DNA of 59,084 bases, from positions 1 through 59,084 of the IMG/VR virus record IMGVR_UViG_3300047552_000148, one strand, 5' to 3'. Shown here piece after piece: positions 17,986-26,721 of the stretch (position 1 is the first letter of the stretch; each line of letters starts with the position of its first letter). The stretch comes from a virus (taxonomy: Duplodnaviria > Caudoviricetes). The notes beneath the pieces are model-generated. The model had not been told where the DNA came from. It did no database searches and was given only the letters and a program-made list of their open reading frames with translations. The position numbers and the translations under genes were made by a program.

Positions 17986-18408
17986 ATGTTTCCTAACCTC
18001 TCACCCACTCATTCTGTGTACAAAGATCGTACATGTCTTGAGTGTGGTGAGTACAAAAGATATACAGAGTTCTCGTTTAGTAAGCACCCTAGAGCGCCGG
18101 AAGGATATGCTTCTGTACCAAGATGCAAACCTTGTCATGCGATATGGAAAAACAAAATCCATATTAAAAGAACATACGGACTTGAATGGGAAGATTATGT
18201 AAATCTGATGGATAAACAAGAAGGTAAGTGTTATCTCTGTGGATCATCTGGTAGTGGCAAAGATCAAAGACTTGTTGTTGATCATAGCCATACTACCGGA
18301 GAAGTTAGGGGACTTCTTTGCTGGAGTTGCAATGTTGGTATCGGACTGTTTAAGGAAGATACTGACTTGCTACGAAAAGTGATTAAGTACATTGATCGTG
18401 ATTTGTAA
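17986..18408 (+). CDS. Free-standing endonuclease VII-type homing endonuclease
   Basis: QEGKCYLC, VDHSHTTGEVRGLLCWSCNVGIG. Confidence 0.9.
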   Translation: MFPNLSPTHSVYKDRTCLECGEYKRYTEFSFSKHPRAPEGYASVPRCKPCHAIWKNKIHIKRTYGLEWEDYVNLMDKQEGKCYLCGSSGSGKDQRLVVDHSHTTGEVRGLLCWSCNVGIGLFKEDTDLLRKVIKYIDRDL

Positions 18409-18436
18409 ACAATTTCAAACTTAAAGGATATTTATT

Positions 18437-18844
18437 ATGGCTCTCTCTCAAACCGTTGCTAAGCTGGCCCGCGTTGTCGAAGCAGATGTTACTCTGCCCA
18501 CATCGTCTGGCACGGCCACTGGTATTTCGTTGCCTGCAAACTGCCTCGTGCTGGCTGCTGGTATGGTGGTGACTACTGCTGTTGCTGGATCTACTGGCTA
18601 CACTGCTGACCTGAGCGTTGACTCCACTGATGTTATCTCTGCTGTGACGCTGCAAGGCGCTGCTGTAGGCGACATTGTTACTGAAGCTGCCGTGCCTGTT
18701 GGCGTGGTTGCTGCTAACACTCTGGACGTTGTAGCTACCGTTACTGGTACTGCCACTGCTGGTGCTGTTCGCGTGTGGGCTTTGGTGCTGGACATGGCTG
18801 CTCCCATCGTTGCTGCTGACGCTGACCGCGATCAACTGGCCTAA
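18437..18844 (+). CDS. Putative capsid decoration or cement protein
   Basis: Highly biased codons, AAGGA RBS, follows the MCP, terminator downstream. Confidence 0.7.
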   Translation: MALSQTVAKLARVVEADVTLPTSSGTATGISLPANCLVLAAGMVVTTAVAGSTGYTADLSVDSTDVISAVTLQGAAVGDIVTEAAVPVGVVAANTLDVVATVTGTATAGAVRVWALVLDMAAPIVAADADRDQLA

Positions 18845-18861
18845 TAGCTAAGTTGTAAACT

Positions 18862-18895
18862 AGGGAGTGTCGGGGTTTCCTGATGCTCCCTTTTT
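18862..18895 (+). terminator. Rho-independent terminator
   Basis: GGGAGTGTCGGG/CCTGATGCTCCC hairpin followed by TTTTT. Confidence 0.8.
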
Positions 18896-18917
18896 GTTGT
18901 TTATACCGAAAGCATAT

Positions 18918-19361
18918 ATGGCAATTACAACCGCCTTGTGTTCGTCTTTCAAGAAAGAGCTTCTTGAACGCAAGCACGACTTCAACGCCACTAGCGGGCA
19001 CACATTCAAACTAGCGCTGTACACATCGGCTGCAACGCTTGACGCTTCCACCACAGACTACACCTCCACCAACGAAGTTGTTGGTACAGGATATACCGCT
19101 GGTGGTGTCACTCTCACCAACATCGACCCAGCGTTGTCTGGCACTACAGCGTTTGTAGACTTTGTTGATGCTTTGTGGACAAGCGCCACCATCACCGCTG
19201 CTGGTGGTCTGATTTATAACACCACCACTGATGGTGGCTCTGGTACAACCAATGCTGTTGCTACCCTTTCGTTTGGTGGAGACAAGACTTCAACTAACGG
19301 AGATTTTGTTGTGCAGATGCCTGCGGCAGATGCTTCTAACGCCATTGTGCGTATTGCTTAA
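18918..19361 (+). CDS. Virion structural protein; start MAITTALC
   Basis: SFKKELL, FKLALYT, GYTAGG, FGGDK motifs common in phage structural proteins. Confidence 0.75.
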   Translation: MAITTALCSSFKKELLERKHDFNATSGHTFKLALYTSAATLDASTTDYTSTNEVVGTGYTAGGVTLTNIDPALSGTTAFVDFVDALWTSATITAAGGLIYNTTTDGGSGTTNAVATLSFGGDKTSTNGDFVVQMPAADASNAIVRIA

Positions 19362-19373
19362 AAGGAAAATATC

Positions 19374-19748
19374 ATGGCTGTTACATACACCACTGCTGTA
19401 AAGAATGCTCGTTTGGACGCCGTAACAACGGCTATTGGCTCTACAGGTGTGCTGGAGATTGGCACAACTGGTATGGCTTCTGTGCTGGCTACCATTGCTC
19501 TTGGCAACCCAGCCGCTGCTGCTGCGTCTGGTGCTGTGCTTACGTTGTCTGGCTTTCCTCGCTCTGACACTTCTGCTGATGCTACAGGCACTGCTGCTGC
19601 TGCACGTATTCGTACAGCGTCTGGCGGTACAGACATCATCACTGGGTTGACAGTGGGCTTGTCTGGTAGCGATATCAATCTGGATAGCCTCTCCATCACT
19701 ACTGGTCAGACGGTCACTATTAATTCTGCCACTCTGACACATGCGTAA
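19374..19748 (+). CDS. Virion structural protein
   Basis: Ala/Thr/Gly-rich; ADATGTAAAARI motif; AAGGA RBS. Confidence 0.7.
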   Translation: MAVTYTTAVKNARLDAVTTAIGSTGVLEIGTTGMASVLATIALGNPAAAAASGAVLTLSGFPRSDTSADATGTAAAARIRTASGGTDIITGLTVGLSGSDINLDSLSITTGQTVTINSATLTHA

Positions 19749-19750
19749 TT

Positions 19751-20383
19751 ATGGCAATCATTACCCGCAATGGTAAAGGCTCTGAGCTAACGTATACAGA
19801 GCTTGATGGTAATTTCACTCAGCTTGATACACGCACTATTGATTTAGGATGGCGTGATCTTATTATGGGCGTTGATGTTAAGAACACTGGTGCTAACATC
19901 CCCACTCTTCAGAACTTCAGAGACGGAATATTTCTATGGGGTTTTGATCCTGACTCAAATCAGGAAGTGTATTGTCAAGCTCACATAGACCACGACTACG
20001 CTATGGGTACAGTAATGTATCCACACGTACACTTCTCCGTCAACGTAACCAACACAGGCACTGTACGTTGGGGCATTGAATATACGTTGGCACGTAGGCA
20101 CGACAGCACAGGGCAGACACACTTCCCTGCTTCAACAACTGTATATGTTGAACATGATGTTGATGGTGATCCGTATGCACATTACGTTGCTGAAGTTTCT
20201 TTAGCTAACACCATTCCTGCTACACATTTAGAAGTTGATACGGTTATACTGTTCCGTGTGTTTAGGGATGCTTCACATGTTAATGATACGTTTCCCGGCA
20301 CAGCCTACCTTATAACAACAGATATTCATTATCAAGTTGATAGGTATGCAACGCTAAATAAGGCTCCTAATTTTTATGCATGA
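19751..20383 (+). CDS. Putative fibre or appendage protein
   Basis: N-terminal KGSELTYTELDGNF anchor motif followed by a beta-sandwich-like domain. Confidence 0.65.
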   Translation: MAIITRNGKGSELTYTELDGNFTQLDTRTIDLGWRDLIMGVDVKNTGANIPTLQNFRDGIFLWGFDPDSNQEVYCQAHIDHDYAMGTVMYPHVHFSVNVTNTGTVRWGIEYTLARRHDSTGQTHFPASTTVYVEHDVDGDPYAHYVAEVSLANTIPATHLEVDTVILFRVFRDASHVNDTFPGTAYLITTDIHYQVDRYATLNKAPNFYA

Positions 20384-20555
20384 AATAATCTTTGACCACG
20401 AAGAAGGCAACGATGCTGTCTTCAAATGCATTAAATGTAACGCTCCTATTGGCTTCAACAAAGAAGGAATTGGCGATCCTTCTGCTAAGTTTGTTGATGG
20501 CGTATGGGTTGCTCCTGAAAACTACAATGATTGGATGTCTCCATGCGAAGCCTAA
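20376..20555 (+). CDS. Small protein (59 aa) with CxxC
   Basis: Hand-translated MHEIIFD...CIKC...; overlaps both neighbours. Confidence 0.55.
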   Translation: MHEIIFDHEEGNDAVFKCIKCNAPIGFNKEGIGDPSAKFVDGVWVAPENYNDWMSPCEA

Positions 20556-21757
20556 GTAAGTCTACACATTCTGATAAGCTAGAGCGCTGGCTTGGTAAAG
20601 AGACTGTTGAGTCTGTTTCTAAGTCGATGGAGAAGTTTTACTATCCCATTGCCTTACACGGTGTTCCCGGTAAGGTGTATGCAATGCCGGGAGGCGGCTT
20701 TGCTGGTGAGATTGAAGTTGGCTCTTACATGTCTAAGCACGATGCTGCTGCTGTCACACTTCGCAAGCTGCGTAACAAGCTAGATGCACAGGCTCGTCAG
20801 CATAAAGCTGCTGGTGTGCTTGCTGACATCATCCGCGCTGAAGGTAAGGAGATGCATTCTCTTAGCGCCTTTGCCTCCATTGATGCTGTTGTTGCTGCCT
20901 ACACTGGTGGTAAAGGTCAGGTGATGCCTTTCCAAAAGACAGGTGCTGCCTCTAATGCTATTGGTAACAGCAACGACTTGTGGACTCGTGGTGGCTTCCC
21001 CGGTGCTGGTGCTGCTGGTGCTGCTGCTCCGGGTGGTACAGTTCCTACGAGTGCTACGACAGGTGCGTTGAAATATCTCAACGGCGCTTCTACTAATTCC
21101 AATCACTATCTAAACTGGGCATTGTCTGCTTCAGTCATTAACAACTCTTTGTTGATGTATGACCGTCTGTTCTCTGTTGCTATCAACATGAACAGCACAG
21201 CTACGCAGGCAGTTACAGGTGTACCTACTCGTTATCAAAGTACAACCACCACTGCTGTTGATTACATTGGTGGCAACTTCATCTTTGAAAGTAATCCAAC
21301 AACTGTGCTAGCTGCCACTGCTCACAACGTTACAGCAGCCTCTACAGCGGTGTGGACATACACCAACCAAGCAAACACTACGGGTAAAAACTTGAACCAC
21401 AACGGTACAGCGATTCAGACGCTTGCTGGTGTTTCTGCTTGTGTTGTTGGTGGTGTAAATCTTGCTGTAGGAAATTGGTTTATTCCGTTAGCTGCTGGCG
21501 ATAGCGGTATTAAAAACCTTACACAGATGCAGCATAGCGCTGCTGTAGCTACTGGTACTATGGATGCTGTTATAGGCCATCCTATAGCTATCAATGCCTG
21601 CCCTATTGCCAACCTTTCTTGTCTTGATGACGGTTTGTACACAGCGTTAAACCTGACACCAATCATGGACAACGCTTGTATTTCTTTCTTGGAACTCACT
21701 AAACCCGCAACAACAGCCGCCAACTATTCTGGTTTGATTCGTATCGTATCGGAGTAA
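20543..21757 (+). CDS. Hypothetical protein, probably structural
   Basis: ~404-aa ORF in the structural cluster. Confidence 0.7.
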   Translation: MRSLSKSTHSDKLERWLGKETVESVSKSMEKFYYPIALHGVPGKVYAMPGGGFAGEIEVGSYMSKHDAAAVTLRKLRNKLDAQARQHKAAGVLADIIRAEGKEMHSLSAFASIDAVVAAYTGGKGQVMPFQKTGAASNAIGNSNDLWTRGGFPGAGAAGAAAPGGTVPTSATTGALKYLNGASTNSNHYLNWALSASVINNSLLMYDRLFSVAINMNSTATQAVTGVPTRYQSTTTTAVDYIGGNFIFESNPTTVLAATAHNVTAASTAVWTYTNQANTTGKNLNHNGTAIQTLAGVSACVVGGVNLAVGNWFIPLAAGDSGIKNLTQMQHSAAVATGTMDAVIGHPIAINACPIANLSCLDDGLYTALNLTPIMDNACISFLELTKPATTAANYSGLIRIVSE

Positions 21758-21760
21758 GCG

Positions 21761-23656
21761 ATGGCGTCCAGCAACACGCTAAGGGGCAACACGCTAAGGG
21801 GCAAGACGCTAAGGGGCAAGACGCTCGTCTTGGCTGCGCCCGGAGACTCGCTCTATCCAGCGGTTATTCCCTACAAAGCTGTTGCTTCTTTTCCTGCCAT
21901 TACAGGCACCTTTGCTGCAACAGAGACAGGCGGTGATGTATTTGCTGCAACAGGCACGGTAGGCTCCACAGCCATCACAGGAACGTTAGCAGCTATAGAG
22001 AGTGGTAGTGATGTCTTTGCTAGCGCTGGTGATGTTATTGTTAAAGGTTCCTTATCTGCTACAGAGACAGGCACCGACACCTTTGCTGCTACAGGCACAG
22101 TAGCTTCCGCAGCCATCACAGGCACCTTAGCTGCCACAGAGACAGGCAGCGATACCTTTGCTGGCGCAGGCGATGTTATTGTCAAAGGCTCATTAGCAGC
22201 ATCCGAAACAGGCACTGACACCTTTACCTCTTCTGGTGACGTTGTTGTCAAAGGAACACTTTCTGTTACAGAAACAACAACTGACACCTTTGCTGGTACA
22301 GGCGATGTATTCGTAAAAGGAACACTGACAACAACCGAAGCAGGTACTGACACAGTTGCTGCTACTGGTGATGTTATTGTCAAAGGAACATTGTCTGTTG
22401 CTGAAGTAGGCTCCGACACTGCTGTATTCACTGGAGGCACTGTTGCTACTGGTGACTTCGCTGCTACAGAAATAGGTGCAGACACCTTTGCTGGTGCTGG
22501 TGGTGTTGTAGCTACAGGAACATTGTCTGTTGCTGAAACAGGCTCTGACACCTTCGCCTCTGCTGGTGATGTTATTGTTGCTGGCCCTTTGTCTGTTTCC
22601 GAATCAGCCGTTGACACATTCCAATCTAGCGGTGCTGTTATTGTTACTGGTTCATTTGATATTCAAGAATCTGGAACAGAAACATTCGCCTCTAACGGAA
22701 CCCTATCTGTTACAGGAATCGTAACGGCTAACGAAGCAACACCAGATGTTTTCACTGCTGATGGTGCTGTATCTGCTCCAACTACGCTGGGAACACTGGC
22801 CGCAACAGAAGTTGGTGATGATGCTGCTACTGCTTCTGGCAAAATCATTGTTACAGCAATCGTAACGGCAAGCGAAACAGGCACCGACACATTAGCTGCT
22901 TCTGGCTACCTATCTACAGCAGGAACATTCGCTGCTACAGAAGCTGCTGACTACATTAGTGGCTACGTCACAGAAGGCTATGTAACCTCTGGATATGCCA
23001 AAGGTGGCATTGAAGGCAACGTATTGGTACAGGGTGCAGCAGCGGCTACAGAGGCCGGTGCAGACACTATGCTGGCCTTTACAGGCGATACCTACATCAC
23101 TGGGTCTGTGTACGGACAAGGTGTGTACGGAGTGGCTGTGTATGGACAGCACGGCATCATCTACATACCCCCATCGGTATCGGCTAACGCCTCCGTTGGT
23201 GTTGTTTCTGTTGTTGCTAAAGCCAACGTAAACGCCATTGGTGCAGCAGCTACAGGGTTGGCTGGTAATGTATCCATCGTTGGTGATGCCAACTTCGTTG
23301 CTCCGTCTGTTCAAGCCACAGCTAGTGTTGGTGTTGCTACAACTCGTACAAACAACTACATTCAAGTTGATGGCGTATCTGCTACAGGCTATGTTGGTAA
23401 TGTATCCGTCACCAATACATCGTTTAATTATGCTGCAACACTAGGTCAATATAATAAGGTGCGGACAGTGTATGTTGCTGGTATAACTGGCAGCAAAGAC
23501 CGCACTGTCAACATTGCTGCACAAAGCAGACTTGTATATGTTGATAAGTTGTCCACTCAATATACACGTACAGCAAACGTGTCTCAAATACCACGTAAAG
23601 CGTACACGTTAGCCAAGCCTTCATCGTCTGATAGGGCGGTGATGGTGTCAATATAG
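21761..23656 (+). CDS. Repetitive Thr/Ala/Gly-rich fibre or spike-like protein
   Basis: Many GxLxxTETGxDTFAxxGDVxVK repeats. Confidence 0.75.
   Translation: MASSNTLRGNTLRGKTLRGKTLVLAAPGDSLYPAVIPYKAVASFPAITGTFAATETGGDVFAATGTVGSTAITGTLAAIESGSDVFASAGDVIVKGSLSATETGTDTFAATGTVASAAITGTLAATETGSDTFAGAGDVIVKGSLAASETGTDTFTSSGDVVVKGTLSVTETTTDTFAGTGDVFVKGTLTTTEAGTDTVAATGDVIVKGTLSVAEVGSDTAVFTGGTVATGDFAATEIGADTFAGAGGVVATGTLSVAETGSDTFASAGDVIVAGPLSVSESAVDTFQSSGAVIVTGSFDIQESGTETFASNGTLSVTGIVTANEATPDVFTADGAVSAPTTLGTLAATEVGDDAATASGKIIVTAIVTASETGTDTLAASGYLSTAGTFAATEAADYISGYVTEGYVTSGYAKGGIEGNVLVQGAAAATEAGADTMLAFTGDTYITGSVYGQGVYGVAVYGQHGIIYIPPSVSANASVGVVSVVAKANVNAIGAAATGLAGNVSIVGDANFVAPSVQATASVGVATTRTNNYIQVDGVSATGYVGNVSVTNTSFNYAATLGQYNKVRTVYVAGITGSKDRTVNIAAQSRLVYVDKLSTQYTRTANVSQIPRKAYTLAKPSSSDRAVMVSI
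21771..21825 (+). repeat. In-frame 15-bp tandem repeat GCAA(C/G)ACGCTAAGGG, about 3.7 copies
   Basis: Encodes NTLRG-NTLRG-KTLRG-KTL. Confidence 0.95.
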
Positions 23657-23665
23657 GAAACACAA

Positions 23666-23983
23666 ATGTCGTTCAAATGGCCTCCCAAAGACCCTGATGA
23701 AATCTTAGACTATTCAATTGATTGGAGTAGGTACTTAGATGGTAAAACTATTTCTGCATGTACATGGTATGTTGATGATGCTGATGGCGTTAAGACAGCC
23801 ATTGGCAATGGTGTTGTTGTCTACGGTATTCAGAACGTAACGTCCACAATCTCTAACGGCATCACCACAATCAATCTTGGCTTAGGCACAAACAACATTG
23901 ACTACAAATTCACTTGCTCCATCACTGACAGCAATGGCAACGTAACAGAACGTGTTGTGCGTTTGAAGGTGAAGGATCAATAA
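23666..23983 (+). CDS. Putative fibre-tail adaptor protein
   Basis: WPPKDPDEILDYSIDW motif. Confidence 0.7.
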   Translation: MSFKWPPKDPDEILDYSIDWSRYLDGKTISACTWYVDDADGVKTAIGNGVVVYGIQNVTSTISNGITTINLGLGTNNIDYKFTCSITDSNGNVTERVVRLKVKDQ

Positions 23984-23984
23984 T

Positions 23985-24710
23985 ATGGCATACAACTACC
24001 TTGATTTAACCAATGAAGTTAATCGGCGTCTTAACGAAGTTGAACTAACGTCTAGCAATTTCACCACTGCTAAAGGCTTTCACTCTCAAGTTAAAGACTC
24101 TATTAACGCTGCTCTGCGTGACATCAATCAGACAACATACGAATGGCCTTTCAACCACATTGCTGCTGAAGACACTCTCACTGCTGGTGTTACCCGCTAT
24201 GCGTTTCCGTCTGATGCTAACAGCATTGACTTCGACAGCTTTCGCATTAAAGAAGACGCTACGTTTGGCAATAGCACAACTAAGCTGTCTGTTATCAGCT
24301 ATGAAGACTACCTCAATCGTTTTGTTGAGCAAGAATACAAGACTGACACCAGCAACTGCACCATTCCAATGTATGTCTTCCAAGCTCCGTCTATGGAATA
24401 CGGTGTTGTGCCAGCACCTGATCAGGCGTATGAGATTGTCTATGAATACTATCGTATCCCTGTAGACTTAGAAAGCTACACAGATGTTCCGTCTGTACCT
24501 GAGCGTTTTCGTAGTGTCATCATTGATGGTGCTATGTATCATGCGTACATGTTCCGTAGCAACGAACAAGCTGCCAACATTGCCAAGAATAAATATGAAG
24601 AAGGCATGAAGCGTATGCGTACCATCTTGGTAAATCGCTACGAATACATGCGCTCTACAGCCATCTCTACGTCCAACTTCTTTGGCTCCTTTGGTGATCG
24701 GGTGAACTAA
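23985..24710 (+). CDS. Head-tail adaptor / tail tubular protein A-like
   Basis: YLDLTNEV.RRL, EWPF, P.PD..Y...YEY; position in the module. Confidence 0.7.
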   Translation: MAYNYLDLTNEVNRRLNEVELTSSNFTTAKGFHSQVKDSINAALRDINQTTYEWPFNHIAAEDTLTAGVTRYAFPSDANSIDFDSFRIKEDATFGNSTTKLSVISYEDYLNRFVEQEYKTDTSNCTIPMYVFQAPSMEYGVVPAPDQAYEIVYEYYRIPVDLESYTDVPSVPERFRSVIIDGAMYHAYMFRSNEQAANIAKNKYEEGMKRMRTILVNRYEYMRSTAISTSNFFGSFGDRVN

Positions 24711-24711
24711 G

Positions 24712-26688
24712 ATGGCTGACGGATGGCAAACAGCAGTTGTTGAATTCAAGGGTGGCTTAGTTACTAACCTGTCTCCTTTGCAGCAAGGCGTCAACGCTCC
24801 CGGTAGCGCACGTATATTGAAGAACTTTGAGCCTTCTGTTGATGGTGGTTATCGCCGTATTGAAGGCTTTAGCAAATACGACAGCGCTATTGTGCCTGCA
24901 TACGGAGAGGCTGTTGTTCAAGGCTCTGGACAAACTGGCACCACGTTAGTGCTTTCTAACATCTTTGCTGCTCCTGCTGTTGGTGATACGTTCACTATTG
25001 CAGGCGTCACTGGTACGTACACCATTGCTACATCAGGTGTTAGCTACAACTCAACTTATAAACAAGTAACACTTACGCTGACAACAGCATTGGCTTCTTC
25101 TCCTGCTGATCAAGCTGCTGTTACGTTTGGTGTTGGTGTTGGTTTAATGAAAGGTATTGTTGCTTGGAATGAACATGTCATTGTCCAACGCAACGCTGAT
25201 CTTTATACAACCACTGGCGTAGGCTACACCAAAATCAATAAGCCAACTTATGGAACAGTGCTGGTAGATGGTGCTGGTCAGACAGGTGCTACTCTGGCTG
25301 TAGACGGGCTGACAAGCGCTCCGCAGATTGGTGATACGTTTGTTGTTGCTGGTATTGAGAAGGTTTATACAGTGTTGGCTGTTCCTACTGTTACGACAAC
25401 AGCAGCAACAATATCAATCTATCCGTCATTAGCTTCTTCACCCGCAGACAATGCTGCTGTTACATGGAAGTCTGTGTCTCGCTCTGGTGGGGATAAGCTG
25501 CGTGTAGCTAAATATACATTAAACAACATAGAGAAACTTGTTGGTGTTGATGGCTACAACAAGCCGTTTACATGGGATGGTACAACCTTCACTGTTATGA
25601 CTGAAGCGCCTGTAGACGTTACTGGCTCTTCTTTTGTTGTATCTCATAAGAATCAAACATTCTTTGCTAAAGGTGAGACGCTTGTATTCACAGCACCTTA
25701 CACTGACAACGACTTCACTGCTGCTGCTGGTAGCGGAATCATCAATGTTGGCGGTGTCATCACTGGTCTTATTGTCTTCCGTGAAACTCTAATCATATTC
25801 ACTGAGAAAACGATTAGTCAGCTATCTGGCAACACATTACAAGACTTTACATTACAGCCCATTACACGCCGAGTAGGTTGTGTAGCTACAGACACTATTC
25901 AAGAACTTGGTGGAGACATCATCTTCTTAGGTGCTGACGGATTGCGCTTGCTTGGCGCTACAGATCGTGTTGGGGACTTCAACTTAGGACTTGTGTCTAA
26001 ACCCATTCAATCTGAAATGACAGCGCTCATTGCGTCTGCCAACTACTTCGCTAGTTGCTTGATTAAGCAGAAGAGTCAATATCGTTTGTTTGCATACAAC
26101 GATAGTGTTAGCTCACGTAACGCTAAAGGCATCTTAGGTACGCAGCTAACCGCAGATAACACAGCAGCCATCTCATGGGCAGAGCTAACTGGCATTAGAG
26201 CCTACGTTGCTGACAGCGACTATTACAACCAAACTGAAACCATTGTATTTGCGCACAGTGATGGCTACGTCTATCAAATGGAAGATGGGAATAGCTTTGA
26301 TGGATTGACAATACCTGCTTCGTTTGCTACGCCTTACATGCACATCAACGATCCACGTATTCGTAAGACGTTCTACAAGATGGTGTTGTACACAGACCCA
26401 CAAGGCAGTATGTCTATATCAGCAAACTTGAAGCTAGACTTTGACACGTATGGGTCTATTCAGCCTGACACCATTGCGTTGTCAAACGACACCAACACTG
26501 TAGGCATTTACGGCTCCACTGCTACATACGGCACAGCCACATACGGAAACAAACTAGTGAAGCAATTTGAAACACAGCTTGTTGGCTCTGGGCTTTCAAT
26601 GTCGCTCCAATTTGTTTCAGACAGCATTGATCCACCTTACTCATTGGATGCCGTCACTGTTGAATATGCGTCCCACGATAGACGCTAG
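24712..26688 (+). CDS. Tail nozzle / DNA stabilization protein (tubular B, P22 gp10-like)
   Basis: 658-aa beta-propeller-like sequence (GC...DTIQE.GGD..FL), follows the adaptor. Confidence 0.72.
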   Translation: MADGWQTAVVEFKGGLVTNLSPLQQGVNAPGSARILKNFEPSVDGGYRRIEGFSKYDSAIVPAYGEAVVQGSGQTGTTLVLSNIFAAPAVGDTFTIAGVTGTYTIATSGVSYNSTYKQVTLTLTTALASSPADQAAVTFGVGVGLMKGIVAWNEHVIVQRNADLYTTTGVGYTKINKPTYGTVLVDGAGQTGATLAVDGLTSAPQIGDTFVVAGIEKVYTVLAVPTVTTTAATISIYPSLASSPADNAAVTWKSVSRSGGDKLRVAKYTLNNIEKLVGVDGYNKPFTWDGTTFTVMTEAPVDVTGSSFVVSHKNQTFFAKGETLVFTAPYTDNDFTAAAGSGIINVGGVITGLIVFRETLIIFTEKTISQLSGNTLQDFTLQPITRRVGCVATDTIQELGGDIIFLGADGLRLLGATDRVGDFNLGLVSKPIQSEMTALIASANYFASCLIKQKSQYRLFAYNDSVSSRNAKGILGTQLTADNTAAISWAELTGIRAYVADSDYYNQTETIVFAHSDGYVYQMEDGNSFDGLTIPASFATPYMHINDPRIRKTFYKMVLYTDPQGSMSISANLKLDFDTYGSIQPDTIALSNDTNTVGIYGSTATYGTATYGNKLVKQFETQLVGSGLSMSLQFVSDSIDPPYSLDAVTVEYASHDRR

Positions 26689-26721
26689 TTTGTTATAACC
26701 ACCCGATAAAGGAATCTCTAT

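Noticed and set aside
21771-21825. Mini-CRISPR or att site
   Set aside because: It is a head-to-tail in-frame tandem repeat without spacers.
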